This document shows positions 1-11,873 of a DNA stretch of 64,000 nucleotides, in pieces; the stretch's first letter is position 1; each line of letters opens with the position of its first letter. Under the pieces are notes generated by a model that was not told where the DNA came from, made no database searches, and saw only the letters and a program-made list of their open reading frames with translations. Both the position numbers and the translations under genes were made by a program. Source of the DNA: Daphnia carinata (taxonomy: Eukaryota); contig NC_081331.1 in NCBI RefSeq assembly GCF_022539665.2, forward strand, positions 8,742,001 through 8,806,000, read 5' to 3'.

Positions 1-2360
1 CGTGCTCTATCGTGAAGGTAAACTCCTGTAAATCAAGCACCCACCTCGCAAACTTTCCCTTTAAGTCCCTTTTCCCAATCATCCACTTGACGGCTGAACT
101 GTCCGTCTTAACAAAAAAATGTCTCCCATAAACATATGTGCGCAATTTCTTGAGTGCCCACACCACCGCCAAACATTCCAGCTCATTGGCGTGGAATCTT
201 GTTTCGGTGTTCGACAGCCTTCTGCTGATGAAAGTCACAGGTCGATGTCCTTCACCAGCATCTTGCGTCAACACTGCTCCAAGACCAGTTTGACTTGCGT
301 CGGTCTGAATGGTAACTTCCAGAGCGTCATCGAAATGAGCCAGAACAGGAGCAGTCGTAAGACGCTCTACAATACTGATCTTTGCGCCTTCGTGACGTTC
401 CGTCCACCGCCAAACAGCATTCTTTTTGAGGAGAGCGTGCAAAGGGTGAGCCAATGACGCAAAATCAGGGACAAAACGCCGATAGTACGACGCAAGTCCA
501 AGAAAACCTCGTAGTGATTTTAAATTTGTAACAGGCATGGAAGTCAAAGCGCGCACTTTCTCGCCTTCCGGGTGAATGCCTTCCGCATCGATTACGTGTC
601 CTAGGTGGGACACCTTGGTGGCGCCGAAAACGCATTTGTCAATGTTCAGAGTCAAATTTGCTCGCTCTAGAGCAGTTAACACCAACTCTAGGCGTGCCAA
701 ATGCTTGTCAAAATATCGACCAAGAACCAAGATGTCGTCTAAATAAACTAGACACATATGCCACTTCAACCCAGCCAAAACCCTATCCATTAAACGTTGG
801 AACGTCGCCGGAGCATTGCTCAACCCGAACGGCAGACGTGTGAACTGATAAAGACCGTCTGGAGTGACAAACGCTGTCTACTCCCGGTCTTCCAACGCTA
901 CAGGTACCTGCCAATATCCACTGGCCAAATCCAAGCAAGAAAAAAAAATGCGCCCCGGCTAGCCTGTCCAAAACATCGTCGATGCGAGGTAACGGATACA
1001 CATCACGTTTCGTTACCGCATTTAAACGTCTAAAATCAATACAAAAACGATAGTCCCCAGATTTTGCTTTCCGAACTAAAACGACGGGCGAACTCCACGG
1101 GCTAAAAGATTCTTCGACAACACCGTCTTCTAACATCTCTTCAATCTTTCCCGCAATAATCTGACGTTCGAACGCTGATACCCTATATGGCGCAGACTTC
1201 ACCGGACAAGCATCCCCCGTGTCAATATGATGCTCAACTTTAGTGGTTTGCCCAATTTCTCTTTGACGTCGGGAAGCATTCTGGTCGACGTTCAAGCATA
1301 CCCAGAAGTTTCTCTACTTGATCAGAGTCTAGTCCCTCCCCAATATTAACTTGAGTGGTGAATTTGGCTTCATCATGTGCTGGAAGAACGGTGGCACAAA
1401 TCTCAGAATCCCTGTCTGTCAAAGTAGACAGCATGGCGTCGTCGTTCACTTTAACGGCACAAAAGAAATGCCGTCGCCTCAGTTTCAACTCCACAGGGGA
1501 ATAATTCACAAGGGGTATCTCTGTCAGTCCTCTATTTACCGTCACTACACTGGCTGGTATCACCCACTCCTTCCCCGGCCTTGAACAACAATTAAACTTG
1601 ACGAAAGCCGTACCAGAGACATCTGACGACAATCTTCCCTTCACAAAGACTAGCGAGTTGGGCGGAACTACCTGATGTCCATCTGCCTTAACTGGCATTC
1701 ATCCACGTCGTTTCGAAGGCGATTCCTCCGCGAAAGACTCTTCATTCGAAATCTTCTTCATTAATCCCCTCTTCCTCCAAAAATGTTTCCTCTCTGCTGC
1801 TTTCCTCGATAATTATGTGCACCTCTTCCGCCCATCGCACTCTCTTTTTCTCCTTCTTCAAAACTTCCTCTACCCCCTTGCCTTCGCCGTCTTCGATTTC
1901 CCTGTTTCCTTTATTTAAATTTCCCTCAATTAACCCTATTTCCTCCCCCCTTACACCTTTCCCCGTTACGTTACTCTCCCCCCTTAGTAGATCTAACTCC
2001 CTACTTTCCTGCGCCACTACACCCTTATTTTCCTCCTCAACTAACCCTTCCCCGACTAATTCAATTCTCCCTTCCCTTACTACAATGCTGGTTTTACTTT
2101 ACACTATCCAGTCAACACCCAAGATTAACGCAAATGGAGCGGTCCTTAGTACGGTGACGGGACTTGAGTTTGACAAAGTTGTGCTTCCACCTAACGTTCA
2201 ACGGTAGTGCTCCCTCTACTCGCACTAGCTTGTTGTCGACACCTCTCAGTTTAGTTTTCGTAGCCTTCCGATGAGGGTCCATAAATTTCCGCACGAAGCT
2301 TAGCCGTACCGCACTAACGCTAGCCCCCGAGTTCGACGAGTGCCGTAAATTCCCCAACGT
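1..2360 (-). pseudogene. pol: Gypsy pol remnant (aspartic protease, reverse transcriptase, RNase H)
   Basis: Protease-like ALV(D)SGASVS near 2320-2345 (frameshifted); RT motifs PWSSPVVLVRK, YRFCIDFRRLNAVTKRDVYPLPRIDDVL and YLDDILV (~720-750); RNase H motifs QTDASQTGLGAVL and ELECLAVVWALKK. Split over several frames. Confidence 0.93.
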
Positions 2361-2418
2361 TTTCTACCCAGACCTTGATAAGAAGCAGGGCTGGACGACT
2401 TTCAGACAAAAAAACCTT

Positions 2419-3438
2419 TTAAGGGCGCCATTGTCCTCGACGAGGTACCCCGTCGTTTTTTGCCGGACAGTCCCTAGCGATATGGCCGTGTCGATTGCGC
2501 GAATAGCACAATCTTTGCGCGGGCCCTCTTGGTGCAAAGCCTCCACCACTCATCCGCGGAGCACTAGGTCCGGGATTAACAGTGAGTCGTGACAGCGACG
2601 ATGAAATTTGGTTGACCAAGCGGTCTCCCAGACTTTGAAAGAGTGTGGTCAAATCCTGTGTTGCTGGCGCAGCGACAGTTGACTGAGGGGCTCTTAAAAC
2701 AGGGGGCGTTGGTTGTAAAAGCGGCGCATTTGTAGACGCTGGCACGCTGGGCACTGGAAACGTTAACCCAAGTTGCTCTAAGTCTCTGAGTCGCGTCAAG
2801 AAGGCCATAAAGTCTACCGGTAAAGGAGAAGTTAAGGCTGCGACGTGAATGGGGTTCGCGAGACCTCTCAGCAACATCTTGATGACGTCAGCCTCCGGTA
2901 ACGGGACGGGACAACGAAGACACAATCGTGGCTTGTTCAACGCGTATTCAAGGCAAGATTCCCCTGGTTTTTGTACCCTAGACTCCACGAGTGAACTCCA
3001 CTCCAAAAACGAAAGCGAGCAAAGTTTGTCACTAGTGCGGCTGACCAAATAGCCCAGGTAGCGTGATGGTGTCCCGTTTGCGCGTGCCATTGGGAGGCAG
3101 TGCCCTCGAGACGTGTCACAGCAACCAAAAGTCGATTCTACTCTGTCCAACCCTCTAACCCACCAACGCGTTCCACATGATCAATAAACCCTTGCGCATC
3201 TTCGCCAACTGCACCCGAGAAGCGTGGTATAGAACTGACAGCAATCGTCGACGGACGGACTGTCTGGGCAGCTGGCAAAGCGGCAGCAAGTGCTTGGATA
3301 GCTTCGTTGTTCTGTTGTTGTTGCACGTTAATAATTTCGACGAGTTGGGCAACCTGATTTTGCCTCGCCGCACCGTCAGCCGCTGCTACTTCAGCAAACC
3401 TATTCAATGCCACGATTAGCTCGTTATTGTCTGCCATG
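2419..3438 (-). pseudogene. gag: Gypsy gag remnant
   Basis: MADNNELIV...IPRFSGAVGEDAQGFIDHVERVG (retrotransposon gag-like), frameshifting into ORF 2419..3150, which ends in a degenerate CCHC knuckle CYSRNRHGHIARDC. Confidence 0.85.
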
Positions 3439-3584
3439 CCTGTTGATGGAGATGCTTCTTCCGCCAGTACAAACTCCAACTTCGTACAGCTCGTTTTCGT
3501 CGCAGGTGAACGCGGCACCGGACGAACAATAAGTGCTCTTGCTGTTGTTTGACGAGCTTTTCCCCTCTGATTCCGCAGGTAGTA

Positions 3585-4323
3585 CAGTACGGCTCCACTT
3601 ATCGGACCACCCTGTGCAGTGGTCCGATAAGCGGATGGTCCGAAAAGCGGCTCGACTGCGGTCAGCGCCATCTCGTCGCGCTCATTCATAATAATGCCTA
3701 ATGCTCTGCTCGTATCGACTGGTTCTCTGTACTTACTTATCTAGATAAGCTTTATAATAATTGAATTAACTTACAGAAACGAATAATAGTATATAACCTA
3801 AGCTTATACGCTGTGCCGCAAACTTTTTGGTAACGAGTAAATTACAGATCAATTAAAAATACATTTGAAATGTACGCTACGTTTACTCGTATAGAAAGAG
3901 AAAAAGAAATCTACATTTGAAACCTTTACTTTAAACACACATGAAACGTAAGCGAAGTTAAGCAGAATAACGTAAAATTGTTTAAAGAAAAATTAAGCTT
4001 ATCAATGCTGACAAATAATAAATTTGTGTTTAACATACGCATCTACTTAAGACAAATTTTCTTTAGTTTTTGAAACGAAGTCATATAATATAGTATCGGA
4101 TATTATTGCATCTACCGCAACGCATCCATATTTTAAGCAGCTTCTTTTTCAATGAAGGGACATCTTTATATGGAACGCTCTTTGCGCGCCCCGGTTCTAA
4201 AAAAATGCTTAATTACATCCACCCTAGTGGCGCTCGCTCCCCTACTCAGTGTGCGAGTCTGACCTCGGTCCGATAACCGGTTTGGTCCTATAAGTGGGAG
4301 GTCCTATAAGTGGAGCCGCACTG
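3585..4323. mobile_element. Tc1/mariner (pogo-like) MITE nested in the gypsy leader
   Basis: TIR CAGTACGGCTCCACTTATCGGACC versus reverse complement of the right end CAGTGCGGCTCCACTTATAGGACC; TA on both flanks (3583-84, 4324-25); AT-rich non-coding interior. Confidence 0.9.
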
Positions 4324-5312
4324 TACTGTGGTTCGAAGCCAAAAAAGGGATCTGGGACGTCGGGATTCAAATCCGACATGCAGAACCAACCATACGAAAA
4401 TTCGAAAATACCAAAACAAAAAAAGAAAAAAAAAAGAAAAACAAGCGCGAAAGGCCAAGAAAACAAAAAGAAGGCCCAAAAAAATGAGAAAAAAACCAAC
4501 AAAAGAGCAGAGAAAAAACAAATAAGTACGTACCTACTAAGACACCTCGACCAAGATCAGAAGGTCGACAAAACAAAGCAAAAGCCAAAAAAAAAAATAA
4601 TAAGTTGTTCAACGCAACCAAAATGGCGGGCCAAAAAAAAACACAACACCATAAAAAAAGTACCAAAAAAATATATCCTCTGTGGGTGAGAGGGAAAAAA
4701 AGAAATCACAAAAAAACACAAAACGCCGTCAAAACCAAAAAAGGAAAAGTGAGAAGCCGAGCGAGGTCTCACAGCGTAATTCGCACACAAAAATCTTTTT
4801 CTTGTTCCCGCGAAAAAAAGTGGAAAAAAATCCACTTCCACACCGCAAATCCGATCGCTAAGGGAAAAAAAAGAAGAAAAAACAAAATATCACACGTGAC
4901 AACAAAAAAAAAACATGAGGCGTGCCAAAAAGAGAAAAAAAAAGACGGAACGTGCAACACAAAGCGGGGCGTGCAAAAGGCACGCCGCAAAAAAGATACA
5001 ATTTCTAACTACACACAGTAGAAACAAGAATCATGCGCTGGAATTGTTTATTTAATAGCCCGTGGCTATAGGTAACAAGGGTTGAAATACTTACCTGTAC
5101 CGTTCCTCCACCCTTTAACAAAGACGTCGCGGCGGGATCCACTCCCCTTCGGCGCAGGTAAGAACAATCCACAATGGCGGCGGCCAGGTACGCGAAAATT
5201 TTCCTTCTCGCGTGGGCGGAACGCGGGTCCGTTGCAGGCAACTTTTTTTTCTTTTTTTTTAAGTTGTTCGATGGCCTGGCGGAGATGAATATTCTCGATC
5301 TTCAATACTCCT

Positions 5313-5332
5313 GAATCCCTCTTCTGACACCA
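5313..5332 (-). promoter_or_regulatory. Primer binding site complementary to tRNA-Leu 3' end
   Basis: Minus strand reads TGGTGTCAGAAGAGGGATTC, 2 nt inside the LTR. The plus strand GAATCCCTCTTCTGACACCA differs by one base from the tRNA-Leu 3' end GAATCCCACTTCTGACACCA. Confidence 0.9.
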
Positions 5333-5334
5333 AT

Positions 5335-5677
5335 TGTTACGGATGTTGCGGCGTCGGACCCAGACCGTGAGAAACAGTGGATGATGGGGCGAATAGCGGG
5401 GAAGATAAAGATGAAATAATCCGATGAATATACGGGAAAAGTATATTTACTGCACAATTGGGGTACAACACAATTCGCTTAGGGGTTACGCGAAGGGAAG
5501 CCAGCAATATGCGGAGCTCCTTCTTAGGACCACTTGGTAGACGGCGAGGTAACTAACTGCCTTACATGATTGACAGCAGACGACCCGTCGCATACCTTTC
5601 GGTCTGCCATCTAACAAGGGGAGGTGGAGTCGGAACACTAGATGGGGGTACATCATAGGATAGGGTTGCTCGTAACA
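5335..5677 (-). repeat. 5' LTR of the gypsy element (343 bp)
   Basis: Bounded by TGTTACG...CGTAACA (7-bp inverted termini) and directly abuts the PBS. Confidence 0.9.
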
Positions 5678-5898
5678 GTACTTTGGCGAGCGAGGCTTTT
5701 GTAAACTTTTACCTTTCCATGTTTCGTTTGCCCCTGACGACCGTGATTTCTAGACGCAACGACGAAGTACTTTTAATCCTGCTGAAACAACCAGAGGTAA
5801 ATCTTTAGCTTTTTCTGTGATCTCCGTTGACTATAGTATTCTTACGTAAACAGCTTGAACATTATTTGCAAACCTACCAGTTACAAAAGAGTTATGGT

Positions 5899-5970
5899 GG
5901 GCCCATCCGGGAATTGAACCCGGGACCAATTACACCCGAAGCAAGTATCATACTACTAGACCCATTAGCC
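5899..5970 (-). tRNA. tRNA-Pro(CGG)-like gene, divergent, probably a pseudogene
   Basis: GGCTAATGGGTCTAGTAGTATGATACTTGCTTCGGGTGTAATTGGTCCCGGGTTCAATTCCCGGATGGGCCC aligns with eukaryotic tRNA-Pro; mismatches in acceptor and anticodon stems; D-loop GG lost. Confidence 0.85.
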
Positions 5971-6070
5971 TATCATATGACAAATCTAACACTGAACCCG
6001 TGAAAAAATCGTCTTTACCACTTGTCATCGATTCTGAATAGGATTTTAAAGAGCGATACAAACAATAAAT

Positions 6071-6142
6071 AGGTTCCACTGAGAATCGAACTCAGATTGT
6101 CAGAGTCAATGTCTGAAGTGCCAACCATTACACCATGCAACC
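6071..6142 (-). tRNA. tRNA-Gln(TTG)-like gene, divergent
   Basis: GGTTGCATGGTGTAATGGTTGGCACTTCAGACATTGACTCTGACAATCTGAGTTCGATTCTCAGTGGAACCT; anticodon and T stems intact, one G-G acceptor mismatch, A in place of U33. Confidence 0.85.
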
Positions 6143-6188
6143 ACTTTAAAAACTATGTCTAGACAGGTGCAATTAGTATTAATTAATG

Positions 6189-6282
6189 CAGTTGGTAGAG
6201 CGGTGGACTGTAGAAACGAGACAAGCATTATGATTAAGAGTTAGTTATCCATAGGTCGCTGGTTTAAGTCCGGCTCGAAGGA
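6189..6282 (+). pseudogene. 5'-truncated intron-containing tRNA-Tyr(GTA)
   Basis: CAGTTGGTAGAGCGGTGGACTGTAG, then a 33-nt intron (6214-6246), then ATCCATAGGTCGCTGGTTTAAGTCCGGCTCGAAGGA. The first ~12 nt are missing and the T-loop is mutated. Confidence 0.88.
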
Positions 6283-6423
6283 AGTGCATTGTCAAATGAA
6301 GTATCTAATCACTATTAAAATTCAATGTGGATAAGGATAAATAAAATCGGCCAGTAAAGAAATTACCTTACAAGTTAGAAAGCAGTCAAATGCGTAAGTC
6401 ACAAACAGAACGTAACATCATGT

Positions 6424-6495
6424 GGCTCATTGGTCTAGTGGTATGATTCCAGCTTTGGGTGTAGGAGGCCCCAGGTTCAAATCCCGGATAAGCCC
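6424..6495 (+). tRNA. tRNA-Pro(TGG)-like gene, probably a pseudogene
   Basis: GGCTCATTGGTCTAGTGGTATGATTCCAGCTTTGGGTGTAGGAGGCCCCAGGTTCAAATCCCGGATAAGCCC; single mismatches in acceptor, anticodon and T stems. Confidence 0.85.
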
Positions 6496-6771
6496 CAGAA
6501 TTATTCATACAGTGCAAACAGTTATATTTTATCTGTAGATATAAAGTCATTTGCATCCATATAATATCGATTACGGATAGTGAACCCTCTTTCATGCATG
6601 TTGTAAGATAAGAGCAAATGGTAAACGAATGCTACAAAAATACTAAGAACTTGGGAGTCATATGATAATGCTGTACAAAATTATTAATTGCCAATTTTGC
6701 AGCACAATTTACATAGTGTAATAAACTTGTTATTTCCGTTTCCCTCAACATCTGCCTGCTAAGTGGAATAA

Positions 6772-6853
6772 GGTAGCGTGGCCGATCGGTCTTAGGCGCT
6801 GGTTTACGGCAGCAGTCTCTTCGGAGGCATGGGTTCGAATCCCATCGCTGCCA
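6772..6853 (+). tRNA. tRNA-Leu-type body (long variable arm) with ACG at the anticodon position
   Basis: GGTAGCGTGGCCGATCGGTCTTAGGCGCTGGTTTACGGCAGCAGTCTCTTCGGAGGCATGGGTTCGAATCCCATCGCTGCCA; 82 nt, collinear with tRNA-Leu(AAG/TAG); anticodon at 6806-6808 is ACG. Confidence 0.85.
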
Positions 6854-6919
6854 TTTAATACATTGTGATCCCTGGGATGATCATTTTTATATCTACCAAT
6901 AATACATCGTTATTGCATC

Positions 6920-6975
6920 GGTCGTGTGGCCTAATGGATAAGGCGTCGGACTTCGGATCCGAAGGTTGCAGGTTC
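6920..6975 (+). pseudogene. 3'-truncated tRNA-Arg(TCG)
   Basis: GGTCGTGTGGCCTAATGGATAAGGCGTCGGACTTCGGATCCGAAGGTTGCAGGTTC; homology ends in the T-loop. Confidence 0.85.
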
Positions 6976-9085
6976 TCCTACACCCAAATCTACCAGTTAC
7001 AAAAGACTTATGGTGGGAATACACAAGAAGCTTCACCTTTGTCACCATAGTGCCATCAATGCCTAATGGCAGCCTCAACTTGTTCGTTGTTCAACATGTA
7101 AAGAGAACTTCTGCTTGAACTGTGATTTTCAACATAACAAATCCAGGCCGTTTCATAATCGCCAGTACTTAGAAGCGGATGCGTCTCTTCTTCTAAAACC
7201 TATACAGTTTCTAGATACTGCTAACACAATTATTGAAAAACGTAAGCCAATAATTTTTGATTTTTTAAAATACATTTTCAAAGTTTATCTCATTTTTAGG
7301 GGTTCATGTGCCGTTGTTCTGACCGGAGGATTGTTCCAACTATATATATATTCGGACACGGAAGCCTAAAGTGCCAGGCAGAAAAAAAATTTATCGCCAT
7401 TGTCACTCGTGATGGTATCTGATATTGGCACACTTTTGTTTTATTAAATTAATTTAGCTTCATGTAGATCGCTTTGATCTCTCTGAGACTTCCTTTCAAT
7501 GTACAAAATACTTTCACACAACCGAAGCTAGTGTTGAGCATTAACTTCAATCTGGATTTTGGCCAGATTGTCGTTAACTTATTTTTATTCGGCAGATGTG
7601 CTAGAATATTGGATCCATCTTAAGCATCGGCTACCGGGATCTTCCGAACGGAATTATCTAAAAATTTTGGAGGAATTATTGAGAGCAAGAGGCAGTGTAA
7701 GTTACAAACTAAAACTGGTATTTGTTAAAGAAATAACATGTGTTTGTATATTTAAAGTTCGATGTTATTAGCCGTGTGCATTTTGCTCGAGCTTCACGAG
7801 AGTACGAGTACATGAAGCACAGAATTGGGAAAGAAGTTCTGTTTCTTTCCCTAATGGTTTGTAAGGCGTGTGGCATCAAAGCCGAGGCATGAGGACAGTG
7901 CTACCCTCCGTCACAAGTACCAAGAGGTTTCGACAGACGTACCCCAAAAAACGACAAACCTACCCCGACATACGTAACCGTGCAGAAAATGGAAAAACAT
8001 CTCCCGTCAAAGCTAGCCCGACATATGTACCCAATAACAAATTTGAAAACTCTCCCGTCACATCTACCCCATTATAAATATACTACAATTACAGCCGTCG
8101 TATGTACCCTTTTGTTTTATTAAGGCAGACAGACCTACCCCTTCGTTTAGTTAAGCCCGACAAACCTACTCTTTCGTGTTTAAAAATCTGACTTACCTAC
8201 CCCTACGTTCAATTTAGCCTGACAAACCTACCCATTAGTTACAGACTTTTTTATTTATGTATTAGACTTGCTTAATTCTACCTCTGATAAGCAGCACCCG
8301 TTTTAATCATCTTTTGTTCTCTAAGGAGATAAGGTAATGAAACAAGATGATATAACCTCCACGTAAAATACCCTACTGCTTGTATTATTTCATCAGCTTT
8401 AACAATATTATGATGCTATGAAGGGGGCCACAAAGACAGACTGGAAATTATTCAATGAAGAAAGTTCCTAGAAAATTCCTATTCAGGTTACCGTCTCCAT
8501 ACTATTATTTGCTACCTTGAAATGATGAACGAAACTACTTATGCCTTTTGGTTCGTTTGGGAATTGTGGGAAGGAGAAATGATAGCCGACTTATGGGAGA
8601 AACGTTGGATATGTTTTTCTGTCGCAGAACGACAATAATTGTGTTGCCGCGACTACCCTACAAGTAATACAGCAAATAATAACTCATAATTCTAACTTGT
8701 ACAACCCTCAGAAAAACGAGCCGAAAGACCAGCCCTTTCTTCTACACCTATACCTGCCTACCAACAATTCCGCTGTATTGCCTTCTGTTGTTTATCAGTT
8801 TGCATTACATCTGAAACTTTTTACTTTTAATTATCATTCCTTCAGTTATTATCATATTATCTATGGTACTTAGTACAACTGTACATTTTTTCTTATGAAA
8901 TATTTATACATCTTGGCTGTAAAATATTATTTTACTGATTGTGATATTTAGTAATTCATCTAACATATTTTTTTGAAAATTATTTTATTCGTAAGAGTCA
9001 AAATGAACATTTTTACTTATGAAACTTGTTCTTATTTTAATATTCAGCACCAAGCACAAGTTGTTTTCATATCAACTGTGAGAAT

Positions 9086-9370
9086 TTATTGAACAAAAAT
9101 CCTGAAAATTTGTTGAATGGGCGCCCGGCAAACGCAGCAAAAAGGTACGACGCGCTCTACAGATGTTGCACAAAGGGTGTGCCCACACGAAATAAAAGCA
9201 TTATCTATGGTGTTGATTAGGCACGCACCACAAAGATTATGTGCAGCAGTGTAAGCAGCAGTGTCTTTTAGATGGTTTTTCTGCAAGTTGAAATGGATAG
9301 TAAAATTTGCTTTAGTAATACAAGTTAGAATTGAGGGTGACACATCTATTCTATTGAATGTATAATCCAA
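9086..9370 (-). pseudogene. C-terminal C3HC4 RING finger (IAP/Mdm2-like) coding segment inside the transposon
   Basis: CGACLINTIDNAFISCGHTLCATSVERVVPFCCVCRAPIQQIFRIFV*; one zinc ligand is changed to Ser. Possible upstream exons near 9500-9600. Confidence 0.7.
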
Positions 9371-10387
9371 CTTGATATTACTGGCCTACAACTTCAAACA
9401 GTATAATTGGTGATATTATTTGTTGCTATTTTAGTATGGCTTAAGTGTCAACAGAAGAATCTTTGATAACTACCATCATTACTAATTGCTATTATAGGTC
9501 TTACCATGACATGATGTTATGGATGATTGTGTCTGTTCCCTTGCCTGATGTATTGGCATGAGACAGCCTCCTTCACATTTGGGTCGTTCTTGTCTGTGTC
9601 CTGAAGGTTAATCAACAAGAGTAGACAAACCTTTTATCTGTTTCTTTCCTTTTAATCAATGATTAAACAAAATTAATTAACAGAATGAGAATTGTAAGGA
9701 ATTGTTGTACTATAATGCAGCGTCATGCACATTTAAAAGTTCCTATTGCTCACAGGGCTTGTTGTACTTTAACTCAGTATTCAGGCACCTACTCATCCAC
9801 ACTATAATCCAACCATTGTTAATTTTAAATTAAGCAGTAAATGATTAAGATATTTGAAATAAGTATACTTTTTTATTTCAGCAAGCATGATGTGTAATGT
9901 ATTTATTATGTTGATCATTGATTTCTGTTTTAAAACTTTTTGCTTCTTATTTAAACAGTCCGTGAAAATATAGTTCTCGCTCATCTAATATATTGCGATA
10001 CATTATATATATCTTATAAAATTTATTTCTAAGAGATGTTTTTTAAAATCAAACCTTCTTTAAATCTGAATTATGTCGCTGGCTTCTGTTGAGCTTGAGG
10101 ACTCATTGTTGTTCAAAGCAGACGCTAATGATTTGCTACGGCACGTGACTTAAGGGTGCGTTGGTGGATCAGACCTTCTTTCAGTGCCCATTAACCAATA
10201 AAAAGCGCTGACAAATTTCATGTACGTGGACTTGACTACGGTTTCTTTTATAATTTACTCACACTTCAATTATACATCAAATACTTTATTCTTATTTTTA
10301 CTTTTACATATCTCCCGTAACGGTTTTTCAATGTTTATCTTTGCTGGTATTTGAATTTCACATGATAATATAAGTATGCGATGGGTA

Positions 10388-10739
10388 GCCGGTGAAATAG
10401 GACCAAAACGAAATAGGACTGGAGAAATAGGACTGAAAAATTCCAGTCCTATTTCTTCCGGAGAAATAGGACTGGGAGAAATAGGACTGACTTTTTAAAA
10501 CTTTTAGGACAGTCCTATTTCTCCATGGCATCAGTCCTATTTCTCCTCGGCATCAGTCCTATTTCTCCTTAGAAATAGTCCCATATGATTTACTTTGTTC
10601 CAAGGGGAACGATGAGCCTCCAATCCGGTAGGTAATGTATTGCGTAAGAGCGCCGGCTTATATCCATTTCTCTTTTTAAAAAACCGATGGCGTTAACTCA
10701 TTAGATAAATGGTTTTCGTTTCAGTCCTATTTCACCGCC
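10388..10739. mobile_element. MITE with AAATAGGACT subterminal repeats
   Basis: CGGTGAAATAGGACCAAAACG versus CGTTTCAGTCCTATTTCACCG; many internal GAAATAGGACT/AGTCCTATTTC copies. A related partial copy lies at ~14328-14546. TSD not resolved. Confidence 0.7.
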
Positions 10740-11355
10740 AATCATGTATCACAAAAGGTTATCGATATTCTTATGCCAAATTATATATTTTTTGAAATTC
10801 ACATAAAGCTTTGCATTCAAATTCGAACATTAACACGATATGTTGTCAGTTTTACACATTACGCGATGGAATGTGCTACGCACAATGATTTGGATTCGGC
10901 AATAATAGGGTATAGGATTCCGCAAATAAATAGGGTAAAATCAACGTTGTGGGCTTAATAATCGATCAAATCGAAACAACTTGTGTAAAACACTTAATAA
11001 CAGTAGCGGAATGTTCCAATACTTACATTGGTGCCATACACGTAATAAGCGATTAAATCGAAACAAATTGTGTGGACCACTTAAAAACACATAAGCATGC
11101 GACATGGCTAGGAACTTTGTAAGAAAGGAAGCTGATCGGGATGATGGCCACACAGTCAAGCCAACTAAAAGAAAGCTTTCCGTGACTAACGGAGTGCTTA
11201 GGAGATAATCCAGCTTGATGAGTGATTCCGGTGGCCACGCGGAGCATAACGGGTTTTTATTTTCTTTCGATTCAAGTAATTCTTCTTACAAATATAAATT
11301 TCGAAAATTGTAACTAATTAAAAAATGTGTGTACAGTAGTTATAAGATGAGATAT

Positions 11356-11873
11356 TGTAACGAAATTTAAAAAATTAGTTTGGTTAACCAGAAAATAAAA
11401 ATAAAACTAGAAATTTGAAGGTTACCCTAAGCCCTTGGGAGTAGTCGGGTTATAGACGAATATCCGGAAATGGAAATGGATCCCGGGAGTGTTGCAAGAT
11501 TGTCGTCAATCTTACATTAGTAGTTCGTAGTTATGGCGTTGGTGGAAGTGAGTTTATAAAATGGTAGGATGAGAAGTTAAAAGGGGGATTCTGGTTTGAG
11601 TTGGTCGGTCGGTGCAACGCTAGTTTGGTTATGGGCGGTGTTTGTGCGGGCGGTGTTGGTTCGAAAGATTAAGTATTTCGGTGTGACTGTTCGTTCTTTT
11701 GGTTAGTGTAGAGGCCTGGCGGCCTGACATGTTCGACTTCGGATCTGTGTAAACTAATACCAGACCGAAGAATAACAATCGAGACTAATCGGTGGCGAAA
11801 AGCACGTCAATCCCGTTACAAAACGAAAAAGATCCCTGACGTATTGTGGGTTGGTGTCCAAGACTGCGTTACA
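11356..11873. mobile_element. Solo LTR (518 bp)
   Basis: TGTAACG...CGTTACA termini flanked by ATAT on both sides (11352-55, 11874-77). Confidence 0.8.

Larger units (their letters stand above)
1..5677 (-). mobile_element. Ty3/Gypsy LTR retrotransposon, degenerate; 3' part lies beyond the left edge of the window
   Basis: Minus strand shows LTR, PBS, gag, protease, RT and RNase H in gypsy order, with several frameshifts. Confidence 0.95.

Noticed and set aside
4242..5021. Lys-rich and Phe-rich ORFs
   Set aside because: Artefacts of the A-rich gypsy leader, open in many frames on both strands.
5895..5899. Genome-encoded CCA on tRNA-Pro
   Set aside because: An extra A lies between the discriminator and CCA, and the same bases recur in the spacer copy at 7011-7017.
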